From positions 105,467 through 169,466 of the forward strand of contig JACPES010000003.1 in NCBI GenBank assembly GCA_016183365.1: a stretch of 64,000 nucleotides of DNA, written 5' to 3'. Both the position numbers and the translations under genes were made by a program. Below the pieces are notes generated by a model. It searched no databases. It had not been told where the DNA came from and saw only the letters and a program-made list of their open reading frames with translations. This document shows, one piece after another, positions 45,543 to 54,605 of the stretch (positions are counted from its first letter, which is position 1; every line of letters starts with the position of its first letter). This DNA is from Candidatus Collierbacteria bacterium (GTDB lineage Bacteria > Patescibacteriota > Microgenomatia > UBA1400 > JACPES01).

Positions 45543-46547
45543 ATGCCGATTATCACAGTCAAGAACCTGACTAAGTATTATAAAATCCATCAGAAGGAAC
45601 CGGGGCTTTGGGAATCGCTGAAATCATTGGTGGCTCGTAAATATTATGACGTTAAGGCGGTGGATGATATTTCTTTTGAAATTGAAGAAGGGGAATTAAT
45701 TGGCTTCATCGGTCCAAATGGCGCCGGCAAAACCACTACCTTAAAAGTTCTCTCCGGCCTGCTCTACCCCACTTCCGGCCAGATCAGCGTTTTGGGTTTC
45801 GAACCCTGGAAACGGGATCATAAATATCTAAAACAAATGAGTTTGGTGATGGGGCAGAAGAATCAATTATGGTGGGATTTGCCGGCCCAGGAAAGTTTTA
45901 TTTTGAACAAAGAAATTTATGAGGTCCCCGACGATCAGTACAAGAAAGTGTTAAACGAGCTGGTTGAATTACTTGATGTAAAGGACGTTTTGAATATTCA
46001 GGTACGGAAGTTATCTCTCGGACAGCGGATGAAGTGCGAATTGATTGCCGCCCTGCTTCACTCTCCAAAGGTATTGTTTTTAGACGAGCCGACCATCGGG
46101 CTAGATGTAGTCATGCAAAAAGCGATGCGCGATTTTATCGCCGAATATAATAAAAAATATAAGGCAACTATTATTTTGACCAGCCACTATATGGAAGACG
46201 TCAAAAAACTGGCCAAAAGAGTGGTCATAATCGACCACGGGAAAATAATTTTTGACGGGAAATTAAAAGAAATCATTGACAAATATGCCGAGCATAAAAT
46301 TTTAACTTTGGAATTTTCAGAAGAATTTCCCAAAGAAAGATTGGAAAAATTCGGAGAAATCGACAGTTGGGAATATCCCAGAGCTGTCATAAAAGTTCCC
46401 CGGCTGGAGGCGTCAAAAAGGGCGGCGGAATTGTTAGAAACTCTGCCTGTGGCCGATATTAATATCGAAGAACCGCCGATAGAAGCGATAATCCGCCGCG
46501 TCTTTAGCGGCGGAAAGAAACAAGAAGCAAAAAGCAAGAAACAATGA
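45543..46547 (+). CDS. ABC transporter ATP-binding protein
   Basis: Walker A GPNGAGKTT, signature LSLGQRMK, Walker B LFLDEPTIGLD. Confidence 0.9.
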   Translation: MPIITVKNLTKYYKIHQKEPGLWESLKSLVARKYYDVKAVDDISFEIEEGELIGFIGPNGAGKTTTLKVLSGLLYPTSGQISVLGFEPWKRDHKYLKQMSLVMGQKNQLWWDLPAQESFILNKEIYEVPDDQYKKVLNELVELLDVKDVLNIQVRKLSLGQRMKCELIAALLHSPKVLFLDEPTIGLDVVMQKAMRDFIAEYNKKYKATIILTSHYMEDVKKLAKRVVIIDHGKIIFDGKLKEIIDKYAEHKILTLEFSEEFPKERLEKFGEIDSWEYPRAVIKVPRLEASKRAAELLETLPVADINIEEPPIEAIIRRVFSGGKKQEAKSKKQ

Positions 46548-46559
46548 CATAAAAAAATT

Positions 46560-46922
46560 ATGCAAAGCGTGTGGAAAGAAAATATCATCTTACGAAAAGC
46601 AAGTTCTCTTGCTCATTTGGTCTACCAAATTATAAAAACATTTCCTACTTCTGAACGATTTGGTCTTACCTCACAACTAAACAGGGCAATTGTTTCTGTT
46701 ATTTTAAACATGATCGAAGGATATTCGAGATTCTCTCGTACAGAACACGCTCGATTTTTGGAGATGTCATTCGCTTCTCTAAAAGAATCACAGTATCTTA
46801 TCGAATTCTGCACAGAAGAAGGTTTTATTAAAGAGGATAACTCGCGCGAACTTTTATCCCAAAGCGAAGAAATATCTAGAATGCTCTACGCTAAAATCAT
46901 GACAATGAGGATAGGAAGGTAA
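46560..46922 (+). CDS. Four-helix-bundle protein (23S rRNA intervening-sequence protein family)
   Basis: FPTSERFGLTSQLNRAIVSVILNMIEGYSRFS ... FLEMSFASLKESQYLIEF matches the TIGR02436-type pattern. Confidence 0.6.
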   Translation: MQSVWKENIILRKASSLAHLVYQIIKTFPTSERFGLTSQLNRAIVSVILNMIEGYSRFSRTEHARFLEMSFASLKESQYLIEFCTEEGFIKEDNSRELLSQSEEISRMLYAKIMTMRIGR

Positions 46923-46972
46923 ATTAGAAAATATCATTGCTTCCCGTTTCTTGTTTCTTGCTTCTTTTTACA

Positions 46973-47767
46973 ATGAAAAAATACCTTACCTTGGCGAAAA
47001 TCTCTTGGTCTAATGGGCTAGTATATCGCCTGAATTTTGTCATGTGGCGGGTAAGACTGGTACTGTCGTTGATGACGGCATACTTTTTGTGGGCGGCGGT
47101 TTTCGGTCAGCATCAGGAATTATTTGGATACACCAGAGATAAAATGTTGGCCTATATTTTTATTTCATGGGTGATTCAATCGTTGGTGTTATCCAGCAGA
47201 TCAATTGACTTGGCGGGAATTATTAATTCCGGCGATCTCTCCAACATTTTAACCAAGCCGTTAAGCAACTTAAAATATTGGTTTTTTCGTGATATAGCCG
47301 ACAAAACCCTGAATTTATTATTTTCTGTCGGGGAGCTGGCATTTTTGTTTTTGATTTTGCGGCCGGAAATTGCGGTTCCGGCACCGGGGAATTTAGGGAT
47401 GTTGGCGATTTTGGTTTTGCCGTTAGCGACCTTGCTGTACTATTTTATTAATTATCTGTTCGGGTTGTTGGGATTTTGGACGCCGCAGGTGTGGGCACCA
47501 CGGTTCTTATTATTCGTGATTCTGCAATTCGTGGCCGGGAGCTTGTTTCCTTTAGACGTTTTGCCGGTCGGGCTGCAAAATGTCCTGAATTGGACGCCGT
47601 TTCCATACCTGATTTATTTTCCGACACAAATATTTTTGGGGAGAACAGGTAACATTGGAATGGTTGGGGGAATCGGATTGACGCTGGTTTGGACGGTTAT
47701 TTTCTACTTGATAGTCAAGTTGGTGTGGAAGAAAGGAATATTAGTTTATTCGGCGGAGGGAAGGTAA
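46973..47767 (+). CDS. ABC-2 family transporter permease
   Basis: Six-TM permease. Start taken at MKKYLTL. Confidence 0.55.
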   Translation: MKKYLTLAKISWSNGLVYRLNFVMWRVRLVLSLMTAYFLWAAVFGQHQELFGYTRDKMLAYIFISWVIQSLVLSSRSIDLAGIINSGDLSNILTKPLSNLKYWFFRDIADKTLNLLFSVGELAFLFLILRPEIAVPAPGNLGMLAILVLPLATLLYYFINYLFGLLGFWTPQVWAPRFLLFVILQFVAGSLFPLDVLPVGLQNVLNWTPFPYLIYFPTQIFLGRTGNIGMVGGIGLTLVWTVIFYLIVKLVWKKGILVYSAEGR

Positions 47768-47942
47768 TGACTGCTTAGCGGGACGGCTTGAAGAGCGGTT
47801 GGTCGACTGGTTCGGACGTGACAACTGATTTTCCGCTGTGCGAAAAATCAGGTCTCGTCCGAAAAAGGAAGATAAAAAAATCATTTAAAATTAATGTCAA
47901 TACTTTATTGCTATAGCTTTAAAGTATTGACGTAACATAAAT

Positions 47943-48728
47943 ATGAAAAAATATTTTAAGGTTTGGCTGCAGCTGGCGCACATCAGTTTCGCCGAACAGT
48001 TGGCGACGAGATTCAGTTCGGTATTATTTTTAATCGGTAAAACCGCCAGATTTGTTTTCTTTCTGGTATTTTTGTTCAGCTTAGTCAACCGGACCGGAGG
48101 GTTGGCGGGGTATACCAAAGAACAGGTGATTATTTTCTTTTTGATGTATAACTTGGTGGATATTTCCACCCAGTTTTTTTTCCGCGGGGTGTATTTTTTC
48201 CGCCAAAAAGTGGTGTCGGGAGAGTTTGATTTTTATTTAGCAAAACCGATGAACCCCCTATTCCGGATTATGGCTGGATACACGGATTTTTTGGATTTGG
48301 TTACCTTAGCGGCTTTGGCGGTTTATGGGGCTTGGTTTGCCGGCCAAAGTTCGATCCGACCTGACCCGATGACAGCAATCTTACTACTAATAATGTTAGC
48401 GGTCAGCTTTTTGATTGCCTTGGCAATTCATATTATCGTAGTGGCTATAGGAGTGATTACCACCGAAGTAGACCACTCGATTATGGTATATCGGGATTTG
48501 ACCAGCATGGCCCGGGTGCCACTGGAAGTTTACAGCCAGCCGGTGAGAATTTTTTTGACTTATTTAATCCCGATTGGATTTATGATCACGGCCCCAGCGA
48601 AGGCTTTATTAGGATTGTTGACGCCGCCAACCTTTTTGTTCTCATTGCTTCTCGCTTCCTGCTTCCTGTTTCTCTCTCTCCGTCTCTGGCGTTACGCCCT
48701 ATCCCAATACAGCAGCGCAAGCAGTTAA
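47943..48728 (+). CDS. ABC-2 family transporter permease (ends ...QYSSASS)
   Basis: Six-TM permease. Confidence 0.55.
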   Translation: MKKYFKVWLQLAHISFAEQLATRFSSVLFLIGKTARFVFFLVFLFSLVNRTGGLAGYTKEQVIIFFLMYNLVDISTQFFFRGVYFFRQKVVSGEFDFYLAKPMNPLFRIMAGYTDFLDLVTLAALAVYGAWFAGQSSIRPDPMTAILLLIMLAVSFLIALAIHIIVVAIGVITTEVDHSIMVYRDLTSMARVPLEVYSQPVRIFLTYLIPIGFMITAPAKALLGLLTPPTFLFSLLLASCFLFLSLRLWRYALSQYSSASS

Positions 48729-48836
48729 TGAGTTGAGAGTAAAGAGTAAGGAGTAGAAAATAATGAGTAATGAAAATCAAGTAGCCGCGAAGCGCACAGT
48801 GTGGAACAAAAAACATGTGAGTCAGCGCGTGGTTTT

Positions 48837-49631
48837 TTATATCCGCGAAGAAGGGCAAAGTTTTTGTAGCGGACAATGCGGGCAATCGGGATTTTGGGCT
48901 TTACAGATGGCACGGCCATGATCTATCAATAAATATGTAAGTGCGAACCAATCTTCTTTTGGAATAATTTTCATAAGTTTCTGTTCAATCTTTTCCGGTG
49001 AGGCGTCTTTGTAATAATCGAGAATGAGATTGCCACGCCCGCGACCCAGGGTCGTGGCTCGCAATGACGGAGAAAGGTTCTTAGTAAAATAGACAGGTTT
49101 TTTGTTGGATCCAATTTTATCTTGAGAAACCAAATGCAGGCGTTGACTCAAGCGCAGGACGTGAGTATCAACCGCAATGCCCTCAACAATTCCGTAAGCG
49201 TTGCCTAAAACTACATTGGCGGTTTTCCGGGCAACACCGGGAATTGTCAGCATTTTTGCCATTGTCTTTGGAAGTTTTCCGTCAAACTTTTCAAGCAGTA
49301 TGCGTGCCGCCGCCTGAATATTTTTGGCTTTATTCCGGTAAAATCCTGTAGATTTGATATCTTTTTCCAATTCTTGTATCGGGGCTGTTGCAAAATTTTC
49401 CATCTCTTGCTCTTCTTCTGTCTTTCCCTTAGCCCTTAGCCCTTGTCCCTTAGCCTTGCGAAGCTTCATAAACAATTTCACCGTCACCTTATTAACTTTC
49501 TTATCCGTACACTGGGCCGAGAGAATGACGGAAACCAGCAATTCCCAGTTGTTTCCATAATTGAGGACAATTTTGGCGTTGGGATAAGTTTGTTTGAGAA
49601 TGTTAATAATTGCAGAGGTGTGTTTGTTCAT
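48837..49631 (-). CDS. nth: Endonuclease III
   Basis: HhH-GPD with FYRNKAKNI, and a C-terminal 4Fe-4S loop CKAQNPDCPHCPLQKLC. Carries a Lys/Gly-rich insert. Confidence 0.8.
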   Translation of the reverse strand: MNKHTSAIINILKQTYPNAKIVLNYGNNWELLVSVILSAQCTDKKVNKVTVKLFMKLRKAKGQGLRAKGKTEEEQEMENFATAPIQELEKDIKSTGFYRNKAKNIQAAARILLEKFDGKLPKTMAKMLTIPGVARKTANVVLGNAYGIVEGIAVDTHVLRLSQRLHLVSQDKIGSNKKPVYFTKNLSPSLRATTLGRGRGNLILDYYKDASPEKIEQKLMKIIPKEDWFALTYLLIDHGRAICKAQNPDCPHCPLQKLCPSSRI

Positions 49632-49642
49632 ACTTAATTTGT

Positions 49643-49674
49643 ATTACTTCAATTATTTAAATAATTGAAGTAAT
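49643..49674. repeat. Family B perfect 32-bp palindrome attacttcaattatttaaataattgaagtaat in the divergent nth/miaB promoter region
   Basis: Inverted repeat read directly. Confidence 0.5.
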
Positions 49675-49774
49675 AATTATATTGTGACTAGGAAGATAAT
49701 GTACAACGGATTTTTTTATGATCATGATTGTTATACTACCAGTTAAAGAAATAATAAGTAAGAAATAATGAGTT

Positions 49775-51007
49775 ATGGGAAAAACATACTTTATTAAGAC
49801 ATTTGGCTGTCAGGCTAATAAATCCGATTCAGAGCGGATCGAGGGAGATTATCAGGCCAGAGGATATAAAAAATCCGCAAGCTGGCGGAAGGCTGACGAA
49901 ATTATCGTCAACACCTGCGCGGTCCGCGAGCGGGCCGAGCACCGGGCGAGAGGGTTTATCCATAATGTTGTTAGTTATTTTGAGATGAATCGTTCGGCTG
50001 CCCTTCTACAAAGTTCCTTCCGCCCGCCAGCGCAAGCCGCAGGCGTTACGGGCGAGGCAGGACAACCCGTCAGAATTAGACCTAAAATAATTTTGACGGG
50101 TTGCATGACGCATCATGGAGAAAAAAAACTACTGGAAATGATTCCGGAGTTGGATCAAGTTTTACCAATCAATGAAGTGGGTTTCAACCAGTCGTCAATA
50201 AGAAGGGATAAAATTCATGCTTGGGTGCCGATTTCCGAAGGGTGTAACTCCTTTTGCACTTTCTGCATTGTTCCCTATTCCCGAGGTCGGGAAAAAAGCC
50301 GGCCGATGGAAGATATTTTAAAGGAGGTGGAAGACTTGGCTAAACAGGGGTACAGGAAGATAACGCTATTAGGACAAAACGTTAATTCTTACGGATTGGA
50401 AAGGATAGGAATTGGATATCGTAAACTTTTATTGAACAATAATTTCACGCGATCAAAAATTCCCCCCAATCAGTCTCAATACATTAAGCCAAAGGGAATT
50501 CCGCCTTTCGTGAAACTATTAAAAGAAATTTCTAAAATTAGAGAAATTGAAAAAATCGGATTTTTAACCAGCAACCCTTGGGATTTCTACGACGAATTAA
50601 TTGAAGAAATTGCCGGAAACACAAAAATTGACAGATTTATTCATTTGCCGGTTCAATCCGGCTCCGACCGGATCTTGAAGTTAATGAATCGGGGATATAC
50701 CCGCCAGGACTATTTGGGATTAATCTTGAGGTTAAGAAAGGCCGTCCCCGACGTAGTTATAGGAACGGACATTATTGTCGGATTTCCGACGGAAACAAAT
50801 GAAGATTTTAAGCAAACGGTTGATTTGGCTAAAAAGGCCGATTTGACAGTAGCTTTTATGGCCCAATATTCTCCCCGGCCGGGAACTGCGGCTTGGAGAA
50901 TCTATAAAGATGATGTTCCGGCTGAAGTAAAGAAAAAAAGGTGGTTAATCCTGGAGAAATTGATTAACAGAAAGAATCTGGACAAAAGGCCGGTATTTTA
51001 TGAATAA
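49775..51007 (+). CDS. miaB: tRNA-2-methylthio-N6-dimethylallyladenosine synthase (radical SAM methylthiotransferase)
   Basis: MTTase N-terminal domain (FGCQANKSDSE), radical-SAM CNSFCTFC, C-terminal TRAM. Carries a GC-rich insert. Confidence 0.8.
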   Translation: MGKTYFIKTFGCQANKSDSERIEGDYQARGYKKSASWRKADEIIVNTCAVRERAEHRARGFIHNVVSYFEMNRSAALLQSSFRPPAQAAGVTGEAGQPVRIRPKIILTGCMTHHGEKKLLEMIPELDQVLPINEVGFNQSSIRRDKIHAWVPISEGCNSFCTFCIVPYSRGREKSRPMEDILKEVEDLAKQGYRKITLLGQNVNSYGLERIGIGYRKLLLNNNFTRSKIPPNQSQYIKPKGIPPFVKLLKEISKIREIEKIGFLTSNPWDFYDELIEEIAGNTKIDRFIHLPVQSGSDRILKLMNRGYTRQDYLGLILRLRKAVPDVVIGTDIIVGFPTETNEDFKQTVDLAKKADLTVAFMAQYSPRPGTAAWRIYKDDVPAEVKKKRWLILEKLINRKNLDKRPVFYE

Positions 51008-51914
51008 ATTGCTGGTTATATCAGGCCCAACCGCAACTGGTAAGACGCAATTAGCATTTAAGCTGGCGAAATTACTCAATGGCGAACTGATCTCTGCCGA
51101 TTCCCGTCAAGTGTATAAAGGTATGGATATTGGCACCGGCAAAGAATTCTCCGCTGAAATTCCAACTTGGGAATGTGATGTCGTCAGACCCGATGAGGAA
51201 TGGAGTGCTGCCCACTTTGTAAAATTGGCGAACAAACTGATTCCTGAAATTCAAAACAGACAAAAACTCCCCATAGTTGTCGGGGGAACCGGATTATATA
51301 TAGTCAATCTATTGAATCCGCCGGAAACCTTGAATATTCCGCCAAATAATGAGTTCCGTCAAAAACTTGAAAGATTGACCTTATCGGAGTTGCAAGGCGC
51401 GTTAAGACATCTTAATGAGAAGCGTTTTAATCAAATGAACGATTCGGATCAACGCAATCCCCGCCGGTTAATCCGTGCTATAGAAGTTGTGAAGTTTCGT
51501 AAACTTCACAAGTCCCGGAACGGTAAGGAGACTCCTTATTATCCTTGTTATAATGTTCTGCACGTTGGTTTAACTGTTCCAATTAAGGAGATAGATCGTC
51601 GAATTGAAGAGAGAGTTCGACAGCGATTACAGAACAGGGTCGAGCAAGAAGTGCGCCGATTGGTTAAGAAATACGGCTGGGATAGCGCCTTGAGCTTTAC
51701 TATCGGATATCAAGAATGGAAACCATACTTTGATGGGGAATGTTCCATAGATGAAGCTGTAAAAAGGTGGACCACTCACGAAAAGCAATACGCCAGAAGA
51801 CAATTGGTGTGGATGGCTAAATATTCCCCGGATAAGTTGTTTGACAGCGGCGAGTCTAACCATTACCAGGATATTGAAGCTCATGTCTGTCGGTGGTATT
51901 ATGGAAAAGAATGA
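51000..51914 (+). CDS. miaA: tRNA dimethylallyltransferase
   Basis: ISGPTATGKT P-loop, SADSRQVYKGMDIGT. Confidence 0.85.
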   Translation: MNKLLVISGPTATGKTQLAFKLAKLLNGELISADSRQVYKGMDIGTGKEFSAEIPTWECDVVRPDEEWSAAHFVKLANKLIPEIQNRQKLPIVVGGTGLYIVNLLNPPETLNIPPNNEFRQKLERLTLSELQGALRHLNEKRFNQMNDSDQRNPRRLIRAIEVVKFRKLHKSRNGKETPYYPCYNVLHVGLTVPIKEIDRRIEERVRQRLQNRVEQEVRRLVKKYGWDSALSFTIGYQEWKPYFDGECSIDEAVKRWTTHEKQYARRQLVWMAKYSPDKLFDSGESNHYQDIEAHVCRWYYGKE

Positions 51915-52912
51915 AATCTATGGCAAAAAATATTCTGTCGGAAGGCCGCCACACTGTAGAAATTAGCCATAAGACAATTGTCTTTGTGGCTTTATTTGTA
52001 GTTTTCTTGGCTGCTTTAAAAAAAATAGACGGGATTTTAGTAGGAATATTCGTTTCTTACTTAATTATGGCTGCGGTTAATCCTTTGGTCAATATTCTGG
52101 AGAAATTTAAGATTCCCCGCTCGATTTCGGCTTTAATAATTTTGATCGGAATTTTGTCCGCTATTGTTTCCGCGATAGCGGCTTTGGTTCCTCCGATAGT
52201 GGACCAGACCGGAGCGTTTTTGTCCCAGTTGCCGAAACTCTTGGGACAATTAGGGGTTCAACTTGATCAATCGTTAGTTAGCAGCCAACTGGGGTCGATT
52301 CCGCAAAATGCTTTTAAAGTGATAAGCGGAGTGTTTTCTAATGCTTTAGCGGTATTTACTATTTTAGTCATGAGCTATTACATGATTCTGGAGCGCCAAC
52401 ATTTATCCGGACGGCTGACCCAGTGGTTTGGCGACAATGAGGTGGTAGTCGAGGATTTATTGGTTAAAATCGAAACTAAAATCGGTGGTTGGATCAGAGG
52501 TCAAATAGTTTTATCGCTGATTATAGGAATAGCTGTATATATAGGTTTGATTTCTTTATCTATACCCTACGCGGTTCCCCTGGCAATCATTGCCGGTTTG
52601 ATGGAGTCTATTCCTAACATTGGCCCGACGGTATCCATGGTCCCGGCGGCGGTGGTCGGTTTTACCATTAGCCCCCTGCACGGCGGGGCGGTAGTCCTGT
52701 TATATTTTTTGATCCAACAATTTGAAAACAATTTAATAGTTCCGTTGGTGATGCGCCGGGCAGTCGGATTAAACCCCCTGATAGTTATAATATCGCTAAT
52801 GGTTGGATTGACTTTGGGCGGTCCGGCCGGAGCAATTTTGTCAATCCCGATTGTATTGATAGGAGAAGTATTAGTTCCTTATTTTATCGGCCGTTCGCGA
52901 AAAATGATTTAG
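51893..52912 (+). CDS. AI-2E family transporter (UPF0118 / PerM-like)
   Basis: Eight-TM architecture and conserved G-rich C-terminal helices. Start codon uncertain. Confidence 0.55.
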   Translation: MVLWKRMKSMAKNILSEGRHTVEISHKTIVFVALFVVFLAALKKIDGILVGIFVSYLIMAAVNPLVNILEKFKIPRSISALIILIGILSAIVSAIAALVPPIVDQTGAFLSQLPKLLGQLGVQLDQSLVSSQLGSIPQNAFKVISGVFSNALAVFTILVMSYYMILERQHLSGRLTQWFGDNEVVVEDLLVKIETKIGGWIRGQIVLSLIIGIAVYIGLISLSIPYAVPLAIIAGLMESIPNIGPTVSMVPAAVVGFTISPLHGGAVVLLYFLIQQFENNLIVPLVMRRAVGLNPLIVIISLMVGLTLGGPAGAILSIPIVLIGEVLVPYFIGRSRKMI

Positions 52913-52943
52913 CGTTTTCAGCTTCTCCGTTATAATTGCCACC

Positions 52944-54497
52944 ATGCGGGTTAGCGACTTAGATTTAGTAAAAGAAAGTTTATCTACCGGATTGCCGTCA
53001 GTTTTGACCGAGGGCGACGCGTCTTATATTGACATTCGGGTTGAAGCCAGTGAGGGAGTTGGGGCGTATTCCGAGAATGGGAATTCTAAAATTACCAGTC
53101 AGGATTGGTCGTTTGCGCTGGGAGTGAGGGCTATCGATAAAGAAGGTTTCTCGGCGGCCGGATTTTATGGTCGTCAGTTGGGCGGAAATGATCTGAAAAA
53201 TTTTACGAAAACTGCGCGGGAAATGATCAGGGTCGCCAAAGTTCGGGCTCGGGCAAATTCTTTAGCCAAGTCAGGGTTTAAAAAGCGCTATGGTAAATTC
53301 GCGGAATCTATAATGCCGACTTTTTTGACTCCGGTTAAAGCTGTTATTGACACCGTTCCGGCCGTCTACGAAAAAGATCCGCGGAAAGTAACTTCCAAAG
53401 AAATGACAGAATTGGCCAAGAGCGTTTCATCTGCGGCTTTGTCTTTTAATGGTTGCATCAAAAGGTCCGATGTGGTGGTTAATACCGGGATAACCAGACA
53501 AATATTTTTTTCTTCCGAAGGGGCCTTGATTGATCAATCCTGGTGCAGCAGCGGAGTAACCATATTCGTTTTAGCTCAAAACGATTCCGGCGACAAACCG
53601 GTTGATCTTTATCACCATACTGGGAATCAATTAGGGCTGGAGGCTTTGATAGATGGCCGGAATTCCCATAACAAAACTGCTGAAGAGTTTGCCAAGCAAA
53701 TTGCCAAAGAAGCGGTGATATTGGCCGACGCCAAACCGGCCCCGGAAATTAACCGTCCGGTAACTGTGGTTTTGGATCCGGACCTGATCGCTCTTTTTGC
53801 TCACGAGATTATCGGTCACCCGTCTGAATTAGACCGGGCCTTAAAAATGGAAACCGGCTACGCCGGCAGATCATGGTTATTCGGGGATATGGAAAATAAT
53901 ATGGCGGGTAAACAAGTCGGATCCTCTATTTTGACCGCGTTTTCCGATCCGACTTTGACAGGGGGATACGGAGTTTATAAATATGACGACGAAGGGACAA
54001 AGGCTAAAAGGGTTTATCATATAAAAAATGGGATATATCACGATTTTATGAATAGTCGGCAAACAGCTTCGATTGTCGGCGCCGCGCCCAACGGCCATTA
54101 CAAGGCTAATAACGCTTCCGCCGTCCCCTTGATTAGAATGTCGGTTTCGGCCATTGCCGGCGGTTCTACTCCGCCTGCAAAAATCATTTCCGAAGTGAAA
54201 AACGGATATTATTGTGTCGGCCACCGGATACCGTCAATTTCGGAAGCGCGGGAAAATTTTCAAATCGCTCCCAGGCTGATTTACGAAATAAAAAATGGCC
54301 GGATCGGCCAAGCTTACCGTGACGGAAGAGTCACGGCGGATTCAAAGGATTTTTTTATGTCAATTGATGCTCTGGGAAATGATTTTACCGTCTTTTCGAT
54401 TCCGAATTGCGGCAAAGGCCAGCCAATGCAAGCCAAACAGGTGGGTAACGGCGGTCCGACGGCACGGGGAAGGGCGAAGATTGCCAGAGGGGAATAA
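52944..54497 (+). CDS. tldD: TldD/PmbA family metalloprotease (peptidase U62)
   Basis: HEIIGHPSELDR (HExxxH). Confidence 0.75.
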   Translation: MRVSDLDLVKESLSTGLPSVLTEGDASYIDIRVEASEGVGAYSENGNSKITSQDWSFALGVRAIDKEGFSAAGFYGRQLGGNDLKNFTKTAREMIRVAKVRARANSLAKSGFKKRYGKFAESIMPTFLTPVKAVIDTVPAVYEKDPRKVTSKEMTELAKSVSSAALSFNGCIKRSDVVVNTGITRQIFFSSEGALIDQSWCSSGVTIFVLAQNDSGDKPVDLYHHTGNQLGLEALIDGRNSHNKTAEEFAKQIAKEAVILADAKPAPEINRPVTVVLDPDLIALFAHEIIGHPSELDRALKMETGYAGRSWLFGDMENNMAGKQVGSSILTAFSDPTLTGGYGVYKYDDEGTKAKRVYHIKNGIYHDFMNSRQTASIVGAAPNGHYKANNASAVPLIRMSVSAIAGGSTPPAKIISEVKNGYYCVGHRIPSISEARENFQIAPRLIYEIKNGRIGQAYRDGRVTADSKDFFMSIDALGNDFTVFSIPNCGKGQPMQAKQVGNGGPTARGRAKIARGE

Positions 54498-54605
54498 ATT
54501 AAAGCGCAAAGTGCAAATATCAAAGCGCAAAGTTAAGCTAAAAGTTAAAAACTTTAAGCTTTGAATTTGGTTTTGATCTTTGAGTTTTGATCTTTTAGTT
54601 TATAT

